A stretch of 63,425 nucleotides of DNA, counting the filler, from Candidatus Woesearchaeota archaeon (GTDB lineage: Archaea; Nanobdellota; Nanobdellia; Woesearchaeales; CG1-02-33-12): NCBI GenBank assembly GCA_018399355.1. It is 4 parts of 4 records of this genome, joined end to end, with 100 filler letters (N's around TTAATTAATTAA, not from the genome) between each part and the next. Parts side by side here need not be neighbours in the genome. Positions count along the whole stretch, not along the records: positions 1 to 19,633 come from JAGYOA010000015.1; 3 more parts are not named here. The stretch is one strand, 5' to 3'. This document shows positions 8,220-18,434 of the stretch, piece by piece (within the stretch, counting starts at the first letter, position 1; every line of letters starts with the position of its first letter). A program made the translations under genes and the position numbers. The notes below the pieces were generated by a model. It was not told the origin of the DNA. It saw nothing but the letters and a program-made list of their open reading frames with translations, and searched no databases.

Positions 8220-9314
8220 ATGTCATTAACTGAAAAACAAAGGTATCAATTAAAGAAATTTGTAAAGGAGCTCGAGGTATTCAGAAGACCGCACACAGAA
8301 CTCGTAACTGTTTATGTTCCTGCTGGATATGACTTAAACAAGATAACTAACCACCTTAAGCAGGAGCAGGGAACTGCAACTAATATAAAATCAGCTGCAA
8401 CAAGGAAAAATGTCATAGACGCCCTTGAAAAAATGATTCAGCATTTAAAACTTTTTAAACAGACCCCAAAAAACGGCCTTGCCTTGTTTTCAGGAAATGT
8501 TGCTGAAAGGGAAGGCCAGAATGATATGCAAGTTTGGAGTGTTGAGCCTCCTGTTCCTTTGAATACAAGAATTTACCGTTGCGACAAAGAGTTTCTGCTT
8601 GATTTATTGAGAGATATGCTTGACACAAAAGAGGCTTATGGCCTTGTTGTGATGGACAGAAGGGATGCTAATATTGCTTTATTAAAAGGAAAAACAATAA
8701 TTCCTCTTGTTAAAACCCATTCACAGGTTCCAGGAAAATTCAGGGCAGGAGGACAATCAGCACAAAGATTTGCAAGATTAAGGGAAGGGGCTGCAAAAGA
8801 CCATTACAAGAAAGTCGCAGAGTATGTTAAAGAACAATTTCTCACCCTTGATGGATTAAAAGGAATAATTGTTGGTGGGCCTGGGCCAACTAAATATGAT
8901 TTTGTTGAAGGCGGCTATATAACAAATGAAGTTAGGAAAAAAATAATTGCAATAAAAGACCTTTCCTATACAGGAGATTTTGGGCTGCAGGAACTTTTGG
9001 ATAAATCTCAGGATGTTCTTGCAAATGAAGAGATTGTTGCTGAAAAAGAGGTAATGGCAAGGTTTTTCAATCTTCTTTCAACAAAACCCGGAATGGCAAG
9101 CTATGGTTATGATGAGACAAAGAAAAATCTTGAGATAGGAGCGGTTGATATTTTGCTACTTTCTGAAGATCTTGAAGACAAAACAATTGAAGAGTTTGAA
9201 GATATTGCAAAAACAGTAGGAACAGAGGTGAATATAATCTCCACAGAAACAAGGGAAGGTGTTCAGTTAAAGGAAATTGGTAAAATTGCTGCAATCTTAA
9301 GATATGAAATTTAA
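8220..9314 (+). CDS. prf1: peptide chain release factor aRF1
   Basis: TATNIKS, YRCD and GGQSAQRF motifs. Confidence 0.97.
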   Translation: MSLTEKQRYQLKKFVKELEVFRRPHTELVTVYVPAGYDLNKITNHLKQEQGTATNIKSAATRKNVIDALEKMIQHLKLFKQTPKNGLALFSGNVAEREGQNDMQVWSVEPPVPLNTRIYRCDKEFLLDLLRDMLDTKEAYGLVVMDRRDANIALLKGKTIIPLVKTHSQVPGKFRAGGQSAQRFARLREGAAKDHYKKVAEYVKEQFLTLDGLKGIIVGGPGPTKYDFVEGGYITNEVRKKIIAIKDLSYTGDFGLQELLDKSQDVLANEEIVAEKEVMARFFNLLSTKPGMASYGYDETKKNLEIGAVDILLLSEDLEDKTIEEFEDIAKTVGTEVNIISTETREGVQLKEIGKIAAILRYEI

Positions 9315-9358
9315 AATTCCAGATAATTATTTAAACTATAATAAAAATTTAGAAATAT

Positions 9359-10543
9359 ATGCTTTTTAAAAGAGATGAATTAAAGTTACTTTGGCCTTTC
9401 TATCTATATTATCTTATCTATGGATTGTCAATTATGATAATGCCTTTCTTTATTATTTATTTTAGGGAACTTGGTTTTTCTTTTTTTCAGCTTTCATTGA
9501 TATTTTCATCTGTGGGTATAAGTATATTCCTTTTCGAGATTCCTACTGGAGCATTTGCAGATGGTTTTAGTAGGAAGGGTTCAGTAATACTTGGTTTCTT
9601 GATTACAGGTTTTTCAGTAATAATGATACCTTTTTTAAAAGATTTTTATCCCTTGTTTCTTCTTTGGTTTATGGGGGGCATAGGCATGACATTCATAAGT
9701 GGGGCTGAAGAGTCATGGGTGATATCCAACCTTAACAAATACAAAAGAAAAGATTTACACCATGAGTTTTTTGTTAAGAGTATCAGCCTTGCAAGTATTG
9801 GTGCTGTAATTGCTCCTTTAGTTGGCTCTTTAATTGTAAAATTCCATTCTATAAGCATACTTTGGTTTATATTTGGAGGAGGTTTTATTCTTAATGCCTT
9901 TTTATTGACACTCTTTGCAAAAGAGCATTATAAACCTAAGAAAGAACATATTTTAAAGATAATAAAAAACACATTCAAGAACAGCTTTAAAGCAATAAAA
10001 TTTACATTCTCCCACAAAACACTTCTTTTTATTTTTCTTGGAAGTGTTTTTTCATCACTTATGTTTGCTACTGATACAGGATGGCAGCCATTTTTAGTGG
10101 AATTGTCAATGCCAGAGCATTACCTTGGTATTGTTTTTTCAATTGCAGCTTTTTTTATGATTATATTTACTTTTTTATCTAAATGTTTTTTAAAGTTTAA
10201 AATTAAAAAAGTAATATCAACTATTATTTTTTTAAGAATGGCTTTTTTATTAAGTATATTTTTTGTTGATTCATCATTGTTGTTTTATGTTGTAATTGGT
10301 TATATTTTTGCAGAGAGCGTAAGTGCACTTAAGAGTCCCCTCATGCAGACATATTTACACAAATTTTTACCTGAAAAAATGAGGGCAACTCTATTATCAG
10401 TTAACAATATGAAAAATGTAGTAGTCATACCTTTCTCCCTTATTGCAGGGTCATTGATGGATATTTTTGGAATGCAAAAAATAATTGCTTTTTTCGGCTT
10501 TTTTGGAATATTTGCGATTATATCATATCTTAAACTAAAATAA
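9359..10543 (+). CDS. MFS transporter
   Basis: About 12 hydrophobic segments; FEIPTGAFADGFSRK motif A; FISGAEESW. Confidence 0.9.
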   Translation: MLFKRDELKLLWPFYLYYLIYGLSIMIMPFFIIYFRELGFSFFQLSLIFSSVGISIFLFEIPTGAFADGFSRKGSVILGFLITGFSVIMIPFLKDFYPLFLLWFMGGIGMTFISGAEESWVISNLNKYKRKDLHHEFFVKSISLASIGAVIAPLVGSLIVKFHSISILWFIFGGGFILNAFLLTLFAKEHYKPKKEHILKIIKNTFKNSFKAIKFTFSHKTLLFIFLGSVFSSLMFATDTGWQPFLVELSMPEHYLGIVFSIAAFFMIIFTFLSKCFLKFKIKKVISTIIFLRMAFLLSIFFVDSSLLFYVVIGYIFAESVSALKSPLMQTYLHKFLPEKMRATLLSVNNMKNVVVIPFSLIAGSLMDIFGMQKIIAFFGFFGIFAIISYLKLK

Positions 10544-10582
10544 TTCAAAAAGGTTTTAAATATTTGTGTTAATCCTTTTAAA

Positions 10583-11254
10583 ATGCAAATCGTTGAAGAG
10601 GCCTTTAAACATCTTTATCCGAACAGGGATTTTAACTATAAGGTCAATTTAAAATATTCTGCAAAGTTCAAGCCTTATAACGCGAATGTAAGATACACAA
10701 GCAAGAAGCTCGAGTTCAGCTTAAGCAAAAAATGGAAGGGTGTTAGCAGGGAGATAGTTATAGGATTAATACAATCTCTTTTATTAAAGGTTTTCAAAGG
10801 CAAAAAAGAAACAATTTATATTGATCTTTACAACTCTTTTATAAAAAACCTTCATGTAAGCATTCCAAAAAGCAAAACACATCCAATACTGGAAAACTCA
10901 TTTAATAGGGTAAATGAAACTTATTTTGACAACCTTGTCGATATTCCAAATCTTGAATGGGGAACTTTCTCAAGGGCAAAGCTTGGTTCATATGATTATC
11001 ATACTGATACAATCACAATAAGCAGGATTTTCATTAACGAGGATAGAGAATTGCTGGATTACATAATGTACCATGAAATGCTTCATAAAAAGCTGAAATA
11101 CAGAAGTAACAACAACAGAAGCTATCACCATACATCTGAATTCAAGAAAATGGAAAGAAATTTTCAACATCAAAAAGAAATAGAAAAAAAGATAAGGTTT
11201 CTTGTAAAAAAATCAAAAACTATAAAAAGGCCCAGATTTCCCTTTTTTATATAA
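10583..11254 (+). CDS. SprT-like / YgjP-like zinc metallopeptidase
   Basis: KLGSY...ITISR, YIMYHEMLH (HExxH) and downstream HHTSEFKKME. Confidence 0.75.
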   Translation: MQIVEEAFKHLYPNRDFNYKVNLKYSAKFKPYNANVRYTSKKLEFSLSKKWKGVSREIVIGLIQSLLLKVFKGKKETIYIDLYNSFIKNLHVSIPKSKTHPILENSFNRVNETYFDNLVDIPNLEWGTFSRAKLGSYDYHTDTITISRIFINEDRELLDYIMYHEMLHKKLKYRSNNNRSYHHTSEFKKMERNFQHQKEIEKKIRFLVKKSKTIKRPRFPFFI

Positions 11255-11275
11255 TATAGTTTAGAGGTATTTAAA

Positions 11276-11671
11276 ATGGCAAGCAATAGTGTAGCAGCAA
11301 CATCTGTCCAGGTTGGGAGGTATGTCATTCTTGATGGATCTCCGTGCAAGGTTACAGATATACAGATTTCAAGGCCTGGGAAGCATGGGCATGCAAAAGT
11401 AAGACTTACTGCAGTTGGTTTAGTAGACGGAAAAAAGAGGGAAACAGTAATGCCAGGCCATGATATGCTTCAAACCCCTATGATTGATAAAAGAACAGCC
11501 CAGGTTCTTTCAGTTAATGATAATATTGCAAATGTCATGGATGCTGAGACATATGAAACATTTGATATGGAAATCCCAGATGAGCTAAAAGCAGAATGCA
11601 TCTCAGGAGCAAGTGTTCTTTACTGGGATATCTCAGGAAGCAAAATGATGAAACAGGTAAAATCGGAGTAA
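11276..11671 (+). CDS. eif5a: translation initiation factor aIF-5A
   Basis: Hypusine loop SRPGKHGHAK; VMDAETYETF. Confidence 0.97.
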   Translation: MASNSVAATSVQVGRYVILDGSPCKVTDIQISRPGKHGHAKVRLTAVGLVDGKKRETVMPGHDMLQTPMIDKRTAQVLSVNDNIANVMDAETYETFDMEIPDELKAECISGASVLYWDISGSKMMKQVKSE

Positions 11672-11678
11672 GTTAAAA

Positions 11679-11840
11679 ATGGTTAAATTTCCAGAAGCAG
11701 AAGCAAGAAACATGCAAAACATATTTGTATGCAAGAAATGCAAGTCTAAGATAAGGGCACCTACAATGAAGGTGATTCAGGGTAAGATAAAGTGCAGGAA
11801 GTGCAACAGCAAAGAGTTAAGGCCCCTAAGAAAGAAGTAA
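11679..11840 (+). CDS. rpl40e: 50S ribosomal protein L40e; not in the ORF track
   Basis: Manual translation MVKFPEAEARNMQNIFVCKKCKSKIRAPTMKVIQGKIKCRKCNSKELRPLRKK (53 aa). Confidence 0.92.
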   Translation: MVKFPEAEARNMQNIFVCKKCKSKIRAPTMKVIQGKIKCRKCNSKELRPLRKK

Positions 11841-11841
11841 A

Positions 11842-13056
11842 ATGGATTTCCAGACATTATGCGCATTTGTATTCATTGCCTTAATGCTTATATTTCTCTA
11901 TAAAAACAAGAAAAAAATAGCTTTCCAGTATATTTTGGGCCCATTTCTTTACTTTGCCATGTACAGGACAAAGATAGGCATTAAGTTTATGGATAGCATT
12001 GCCAAAAAACATCCTAATCTGATAAAAAAAGTTGCTTATGTTGGAATAATAATCGGATTTCTTGGAATGGCTTTTATAACCTATATGCTTGCAGCAAATA
12101 TTTATAATTTAATTGTAAATCCTGCTACAGTATCAGGTGTCGGTGTTGTTTTACCCTTCCAGGTTAAAGGGGCTTTTTATGTTCCATTCTTTTACTGGAT
12201 AATCTCTATTTTTCTTCTGGCATTGGTTCATGAATTTTCCCATGGTGTTGTTGCAAGGGCTTACGGGCTTAAGATAAAGTCCAGTGGATTTGCTTTTCTA
12301 AGCATTCTTGTTCCAATCCTGCCTGCTGCTTTTGTTGAGCCGGATGAAAAAGAATTAAGAAAAAGGCCCCATAAAGAACAATTATCTGTTTTTGCCGCAG
12401 GGCCTTTCTCAAACATTATTTTTGCACTCCTTGTAATTGCATTTATGGGGCTGGTTATTGCTCCCCTATCAAACGCTGTATTCTACAACAATGGAGTTCT
12501 TGTTACCGGATTTACAGAAGGTAATGAGACTTATCCTGCTGAATTGGCAGGCATAGAAGAAAATGAACTGATTACAGCTGTTGATGGGATTGATATTGAG
12601 TCAGTTGAAAATTTCACATATTTAATGGAAAATAAAACTGCGGGAGAAAATGTTTTAATAACAACTAATTCAACTGAGTATAACATAACTCTTGCTCCAA
12701 ATCCTGAAAATGAGACCATGGGATATCTTGGGATTTATTTAACACAAAATAGTGAGATAAGAGAAAATATAGTTGAAAAATATGGAAGATTAATACCTGA
12801 GATTTTTGTTTGGTTTGTTGGATTGTTTTACTGGCTTTATGTTCTTAATCTTGGTATTGGATTATTTAATCTTGTTCCTGTAGGACCAATAGACGGTGGA
12901 AGAATGCTTCAGCTAGCAACACACAGGTTTTTTGATAAAGAAAAAGGAGACAAAATATGGAAGGGAATAAGCCTTGTTGTCCTTGGATTAATCATACTTA
13001 ATGTCTTCTGGTCCCTTATACAGGGAATAATCAGTTTTGTTGTTGGGCTTTTCTAG
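11842..13056 (+). CDS. site-2 protease (peptidase M50) with PDZ domain
   Basis: HEFSHG, AFVEPD, AAGPFSN and NLVPVGPIDGGR motifs; PDZ-like insert. Confidence 0.92.
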   Translation: MDFQTLCAFVFIALMLIFLYKNKKKIAFQYILGPFLYFAMYRTKIGIKFMDSIAKKHPNLIKKVAYVGIIIGFLGMAFITYMLAANIYNLIVNPATVSGVGVVLPFQVKGAFYVPFFYWIISIFLLALVHEFSHGVVARAYGLKIKSSGFAFLSILVPILPAAFVEPDEKELRKRPHKEQLSVFAAGPFSNIIFALLVIAFMGLVIAPLSNAVFYNNGVLVTGFTEGNETYPAELAGIEENELITAVDGIDIESVENFTYLMENKTAGENVLITTNSTEYNITLAPNPENETMGYLGIYLTQNSEIRENIVEKYGRLIPEIFVWFVGLFYWLYVLNLGIGLFNLVPVGPIDGGRMLQLATHRFFDKEKGDKIWKGISLVVLGLIILNVFWSLIQGIISFVVGLF

Positions 13057-13366
13057 ATTTCTTTTCAAAATAAGATTTTACTTTTTTGTCTATATGGGGA
13101 TTTGCGTTTTCCCCTAGAGAGTAATATGTTTTTTCTGCTTCTTGGCCCCATGAGTAGTCTCCTTTTTCGCTTTTTATTTTGCTTACCTTGAACTCTTTTA
13201 ATGAGAGGCCTTTCTTTAAATGATAGTAGATAGAGCGCATTGTAACAGAAGGAAATATATCAACATAAGCCTTATAAAGCTCATAGCCGTAAGCAGACTT
13301 CATAAAGTACAATATCTCGACGATATTCTGCCTTATTCTGCTCTGGATTGGTCTTCCTCTACTCAT
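13031..13366 (-). CDS. hypothetical winged-helix DNA-binding protein
   Basis: RGRP..S.IRQNIVEIL, YGYELY, RSIYYHLKKG resembles a PadR-like wHTH; start chosen at MSRGRP. Confidence 0.6.
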   Translation of the reverse strand: MSRGRPIQSRIRQNIVEILYFMKSAYGYELYKAYVDIFPSVTMRSIYYHLKKGLSLKEFKVSKIKSEKGDYSWGQEAEKTYYSLGENANPHIDKKVKSYFEKKSRKAQQQN

Positions 13367-13463
13367 GTTAAAAATTTTTAAATCTATATTTAAATATCTT
13401 TCCATATTGAAAATTAATATTAAAAATCGAAAACTTTTTATTACTTTGCAGTAGCCTTAATTT

Positions 13464-14099
13464 ATGGAAATCATAAAAAACAAAAGACAGGTTGAAGGAG
13501 GATTTTTTGATTTTGGGGGAGTGCTATACAAATTTAATACTTTGACCTTTATAAACAAAATTAGTAAAAATAAAAGCAAAGAATACAAGAAAAATTTATA
13601 TAACATTATATATGAATCAGGTCTTTACAGGACTATTGATATAAATTTGATTCCATTTAAGACATTTTATAATCTGGTGATTCAAGAAGCAGGAATAGAC
13701 AAAAAAAAGTTAACTGAAAAATATTTCCTTAATGCTTTCACCAGCCGTTTTTCAAAAGAGATAAAAAGGAATATTAAACTTGTGAAAAAACTGAAAAATG
13801 AAGGATATAGACTTGGTTTGATATCAAATACAAATGAAGCAGATTACAATGCAGTTATAAAAAAATCAGAAGTTGTTAATCATTTTGATGTACTTGCTTT
13901 GTCATATCAGGCAGGAAAAAGAAAACCCGATAAAGATTTTTTTTATTATGCTATTGAAAAAATGAGTTTAAAGCCAGAAAAACTTTTCTTTTTTGATGAC
14001 AACAGGAAATATGTTGATGTTGCTAAAGAGATTGGATTTAAGATTGCAGAACAATACACTTCAAAAACGAATCTTGAAAAAATAATCAGAGAAAACTGA
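13464..14099 (+). CDS. HAD-superfamily phosphatase (YihX-like)
   Basis: FFDFGGVL, LISNT, KRKPD and FFDD motifs I-IV. Confidence 0.85.
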   Translation: MEIIKNKRQVEGGFFDFGGVLYKFNTLTFINKISKNKSKEYKKNLYNIIYESGLYRTIDINLIPFKTFYNLVIQEAGIDKKKLTEKYFLNAFTSRFSKEIKRNIKLVKKLKNEGYRLGLISNTNEADYNAVIKKSEVVNHFDVLALSYQAGKRKPDKDFFYYAIEKMSLKPEKLFFFDDNRKYVDVAKEIGFKIAEQYTSKTNLEKIIREN

Positions 14100-14148
14100 G
14101 TTAAGAATTTTCAAAAGCTTTTTATTTAAACATTTTTTCTGATTTTTC

Positions 14149-14757
14149 ATGATAAAGGCAGTTATATTTGATTATGGGAATGTTATACATAAATGGGACA
14201 ATGATGTTTTCCTTAAGAAAATTGTAAAAAAATCAGATAAAGGTTACGAATATATTAATGAAATTATATTTGGAAAGTCAGGACTGCATCATAGATTTGA
14301 AATAGGAAATATATCACCTGAAGATTTCTTTGGTTCAGTTAAAAAAGAATGTAATATTTCAATGCCTATAGATGAATTTTTCAATGAGTTTACTTCAAGG
14401 ATGTTTGAACTAATTGAAACTACAGTAAAGCTTATTAAAGAATTAAAGAAAAATTATAAGATTGGCTTGCTTTCAAATACATCAAAACCTGATTTTGAGT
14501 ATGTTATGAAAAAATTAAAAGAATTTTCTTTGTTTGATTCTGTTACATTGTCTTTTGAAGTAGGACATAAAAAGCCGGACAAAGAGATATACCTCGATGC
14601 ACTTAAAAAACTAAATCTGAAACCAGATGAATGCGTTTTTATAGATGATATTAAAGAATATTCTGATGCTGCTTCAATTTTAGGAATACATGGAATTCAC
14701 TACACTTCTCATGAAAAATTAATCAAAGAATTAAAAAAATTAAATGTTAGAATTTAA
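14149..14757 (+). CDS. HAD-superfamily phosphatase (YihX-like)
   Basis: IFDYGNVI, LLSNT, HKKPD and FIDD motifs. Confidence 0.9.
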   Translation: MIKAVIFDYGNVIHKWDNDVFLKKIVKKSDKGYEYINEIIFGKSGLHHRFEIGNISPEDFFGSVKKECNISMPIDEFFNEFTSRMFELIETTVKLIKELKKNYKIGLLSNTSKPDFEYVMKKLKEFSLFDSVTLSFEVGHKKPDKEIYLDALKKLNLKPDECVFIDDIKEYSDAASILGIHGIHYTSHEKLIKELKKLNVRI

Positions 14758-17114
14758 TTAAGGCTTGGCCTCAAGTTCCTTCTCTCTGCATCCAATAATA
14801 ATTTCTTCTCCGTTACTGCAACTGTCTGTCTTATCTGGTTAACTGCGTCAGGATTTGCGCTTATGCTGTCAATTCCCTGCCTTACAAGGAAGGCTGCCAT
14901 CTTTGGCTTTGAGCCGGCCTGTCCGCATATTGAAGTCTGGACGTGATATTTCTTACACACCCTTATGACTCTTGCTATCTCTTCTAATACAGCAGGGTGA
15001 AGCTCGTCATAATGCTTCTGCACTAATCCGTTGTTTCTGTCAATCGCTAAAGTATACTGTGTTAAGTCATTTGTGCCAAAGCTTACAAACTCAATACCAA
15101 GCTTGCATATGTCCTCTATTATCCAGACTGATGCAGGTGTTTCAATCATTACACCGAATTCAACAAATTCCTCATCAAACACCTCATCTAGAACTTCTTT
15201 TGCCTCTTTCACTTCTTCAACCCTTGTAACTAATGGAATCATCACTCCCACATTTTTTAATCCCATTTCATGAACCCTTTTTATTGCCTCAAATTCTGCC
15301 TTGAGCATTCCTCTCTGGTCAAGCGAACGTCTTATTCCCCTCCAGCCGAGCATTGGATTCTCTTCCTCTGGCTCATCCTCTCCTCCTTCCATACTTTTGA
15401 ACTCATCTGTCGGAGCATCAAGTGTTCTATACCATACAGGTTTGCCGTCAAACGCCCTTGCAACCTTTGATATCCCATCAACAAGTATCTTAATAAGCTC
15501 TTCTTTTCTTCCCTGCTTTACTAAATATGCAGGATGCGTCTTGTTTCCAAGAATCATGTGCTCTGCCCTCAATAATCCAACGCCGTCTGCTCCTGTTGCA
15601 GCTGCCTTTTCAGCATAATCAGGAAAGTCCATCACCACTTTTATCTGAGTTGCAGTAACTAAGTTGCTGTAAGATTCTCTAATTTGTTGTCTTTGCTCTG
15701 GCTTTTTAATTGAAACATGTCCCTCATAAACCTTGCCATGGGTTGCATCAACAGTTATGGTTGTGTTTTCCTTTAATGTTGCAGTTGCGTTTCCAGTTCC
15801 CACTATACAAGGAATTCCCATTTCCCTGCTTACAATTGCAGCATGGCATGTTGTTCCTCCCATATCTGTGACAATTGCAGAAGCTCTTTTCATTATAGGC
15901 ACCATGTCCGGATTGGTCATTTTTGTGACAAGAATATCACCTTTCTGTACCTTTGTAAATTCGTTTGGCTCATTTGCAATTTTTACAATTCCAGAAGCAA
16001 CTCCTGGGCTTGCTGTATTTCCAGTTAAAAGAACTTTTGCATCTGAAATGTTTGTGCCTTGTTCCTCTGACTGTTCCTCCTGTTTTTCAGAGCCTGAATC
16101 ATCTTCTTGTTTTTGAATATCTTTGATGGTTGTTATTGGCCTTGTCTGGACAATATAAATTTTGTTTTTTTCTATGGCCCATTCAATATCCTGGGGCTTT
16201 TGATAATGTTCCTCAAGATGCTTTGCAATCTTTGCAAGTTCTATTATCTCTTCATCTTTTAGCTTCTGGACCTTTTTCATCTCATCCTTTATTGTTTTTT
16301 TCACTGTTTTACCATTCTCATCCTTTACATAAGCCCATTCCTGCTCGCTTATGGTTTTGCTTTTTATCTCCATACTGTTTTTGTCAACAACATAAGAATC
16401 AGGATTTACTGATCCTGATACTATTGCTTCGCCTAATCCAAAACATGCCTCAACAATAATCTCATCCTTGTTGTTTGTTGAAGGATTTGCAGAGAAGGTT
16501 ATTCCTGACTTTTCTGAATTGACCATCTTCTGCACAACAACTGCAATTAAAACCTGCATATGGTCAAAATTATTCTTAACACGATAATAAACAGCTCTTG
16601 CTGTGAATAATGATGCCCAGCATCCCCTTACAGCCTTTATAACTTCATCATTCCCTTTTATATTAAGGAAAGTTGCCTGCTGGCCTGCAAATGATGCTTC
16701 AGGCAGGTCTTCTGCAGTTGCGCTGCTCCTTACAGCGACAAACTCTTCCTGATTTTTTTGTTCTAAGTCTATGCTGCTTGCCTGCTCGTCGCTTATTCCC
16801 ATTGTTTCATAAGCTTCAATAATCTCACTTTTTATGTGCTCAGGCATTTCTACTGATACAATAAGCTTCTGAACCTCATTAGCTTTGCTTTGAAGATCAT
16901 CATTATTCTCAACATCAAGACCTGAAAGAATCTGAGTTATTTTTTCCTTAATATTGGTTTCGTCAACAAATTCCTTGTAGGCCTGGGCATTAACAACAAA
17001 ACCAGGAGGCACAGGCATTCCTGTATTATACATCTCACCTAAATTAGCGCCCTTTCCTCCGGCAATAGAAAGACTTCCTTTGTTTATTTCTTTGAACCAT
17101 GAAACTGCTTTCAT
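14754..17114 (-). CDS. ppsA: phosphoenolpyruvate synthase (pyruvate, water dikinase)
   Basis: GGKGANLGE, AVRSSATAEDLPEASFAGQQ, TCHAAIVSRE phospho-His site, SFGTNDLTQY, SICGQA. Confidence 0.97.
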   Translation of the reverse strand: MKAVSWFKEINKGSLSIAGGKGANLGEMYNTGMPVPPGFVVNAQAYKEFVDETNIKEKITQILSGLDVENNDDLQSKANEVQKLIVSVEMPEHIKSEIIEAYETMGISDEQASSIDLEQKNQEEFVAVRSSATAEDLPEASFAGQQATFLNIKGNDEVIKAVRGCWASLFTARAVYYRVKNNFDHMQVLIAVVVQKMVNSEKSGITFSANPSTNNKDEIIVEACFGLGEAIVSGSVNPDSYVVDKNSMEIKSKTISEQEWAYVKDENGKTVKKTIKDEMKKVQKLKDEEIIELAKIAKHLEEHYQKPQDIEWAIEKNKIYIVQTRPITTIKDIQKQEDDSGSEKQEEQSEEQGTNISDAKVLLTGNTASPGVASGIVKIANEPNEFTKVQKGDILVTKMTNPDMVPIMKRASAIVTDMGGTTCHAAIVSREMGIPCIVGTGNATATLKENTTITVDATHGKVYEGHVSIKKPEQRQQIRESYSNLVTATQIKVVMDFPDYAEKAAATGADGVGLLRAEHMILGNKTHPAYLVKQGRKEELIKILVDGISKVARAFDGKPVWYRTLDAPTDEFKSMEGGEDEPEEENPMLGWRGIRRSLDQRGMLKAEFEAIKRVHEMGLKNVGVMIPLVTRVEEVKEAKEVLDEVFDEEFVEFGVMIETPASVWIIEDICKLGIEFVSFGTNDLTQYTLAIDRNNGLVQKHYDELHPAVLEEIARVIRVCKKYHVQTSICGQAGSKPKMAAFLVRQGIDSISANPDAVNQIRQTVAVTEKKLLLDAERRNLRPSLN

Positions 17115-17230
17115 AAATAACACCTCTTATTTTTTTGATAATCTTAAGAAAACTTAATTATATGTTTATATAAATGTTTCTGTTTGATTTATTAAAAAAT
17201 TATTTATATTTGTTTTTCTTTGTTGTTTTT

Positions 17231-17854
17231 ATGGGTAAGGAAGAGCTTGTTAGCTATTGGAAATCAAGAGGAATAGTTAAAGACAAAAGATTATTGGATG
17301 CTTTTCTTTCTGTAGCTCGCGAAAAATTTATTCCTGAGGAATATTCAGGCCAGGCTTATGAAGATTATCCTTTACCAATAATTGGCGGCCAAACAATATC
17401 GCAGCCAACCACTGTTATGATAATGATAAATACATTAGAACTTAAAAATACAGACAAGGTTTTAGAGATTGGAGCTGGATCCGGTTATTGCGCTGCGATA
17501 ATGTCAAGAATTGTAAAAGAAGTTTATACAACTGAAATAATACCTGAGCTTGCTGATTTTGCTAGGAAAAATCTTGAGAAAGCAGGCATAAAAACTGTTT
17601 ATGTATTGCATCATGACGGATCTCAGGGATATGAAAAAGAAGCTCCTTATGATAAGATAATGGTTACTGCTGGATGTCCTAAGATTCCAAAACCATTGAT
17701 AGACCAGCTTAAGGAAGAAGGAATGATAGTTGCGCCTGTTTCTCATTTTCTCGGCCAAAAAATGATTAAGGGAACAAAGAAGAATAACAAACTTAAAGAA
17801 GAATCATTGGGAGATTTTGCCTTTGTTCCATTAAAAGGGAAATATGGTTATTAA
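17231..17854 (+). CDS. pcm: protein-L-isoaspartate O-methyltransferase
   Basis: AYEDYPLPI..GQTISQP, VLEIGAGSGY, APYDKI and FVPLKG motifs. Confidence 0.95.
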   Translation: MGKEELVSYWKSRGIVKDKRLLDAFLSVAREKFIPEEYSGQAYEDYPLPIIGGQTISQPTTVMIMINTLELKNTDKVLEIGAGSGYCAAIMSRIVKEVYTTEIIPELADFARKNLEKAGIKTVYVLHHDGSQGYEKEAPYDKIMVTAGCPKIPKPLIDQLKEEGMIVAPVSHFLGQKMIKGTKKNNKLKEESLGDFAFVPLKGKYGY

Positions 17855-17855
17855 A

Positions 17856-18416
17856 TTATCTTATCATCTCAAGAACATCACAAAGCTTGTAGATTGTTTC
17901 CTTGACTGTTCTTAATCCAACTTCATCTTCATCAAAAGGGCTTTTAACTATTCCGCCGAAATGACTTCCGTCTCCCACAATAATCATCCCGTGTATGTTC
18001 ATCCAGTCATGTATAGTTGATAATGTCTTTTCCTGTCCGCCATTCCTTGAGTTTCCAACTGCAATTGCAGCTCCAACCTTATTTTTTAGAAGTGAACCTC
18101 CTCTTCTTAATACAAGTGTTCTGTCAAAAAGAGCTTTTAGCTGAGCACTCATAGAACCGAAGTAAACAGGGCTGCTGACTATTATACCATCTGCGTCTTC
18201 CAACAATGTCAATATTTTATCTGTTCCGTCTTTGATTGAACATTCCTTTTTTCCCTTACACACTCCGCAATCAGTGCAGGGAGAAACATTGTGCTCAGAA
18301 AGGAAAATTCTTCCTGTAAGAAAACCTTTTTGCTTTGCAATGTCAAGAACATAATCTATTATTTTTTCATTATTCCCATTTTTTTTAGGAGAACCGCTTA
18401 TCCCCACAATTTTCAT
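17856..18416 (-). CDS. flavodoxin-family iron-sulfur flavoprotein (NADPH-dependent FMN reductase family)
   Basis: GISGSPKKNGN, CTDCGVC...C, SPVYFGSMSAQLKALFDR, RNGGQE. Confidence 0.9.
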   Translation of the reverse strand: MKIVGISGSPKKNGNNEKIIDYVLDIAKQKGFLTGRIFLSEHNVSPCTDCGVCKGKKECSIKDGTDKILTLLEDADGIIVSSPVYFGSMSAQLKALFDRTLVLRRGGSLLKNKVGAAIAVGNSRNGGQEKTLSTIHDWMNIHGMIIVGDGSHFGGIVKSPFDEDEVGLRTVKETIYKLCDVLEMIR

Positions 18417-18434
18417 TTTTATATGTAATAGGTT

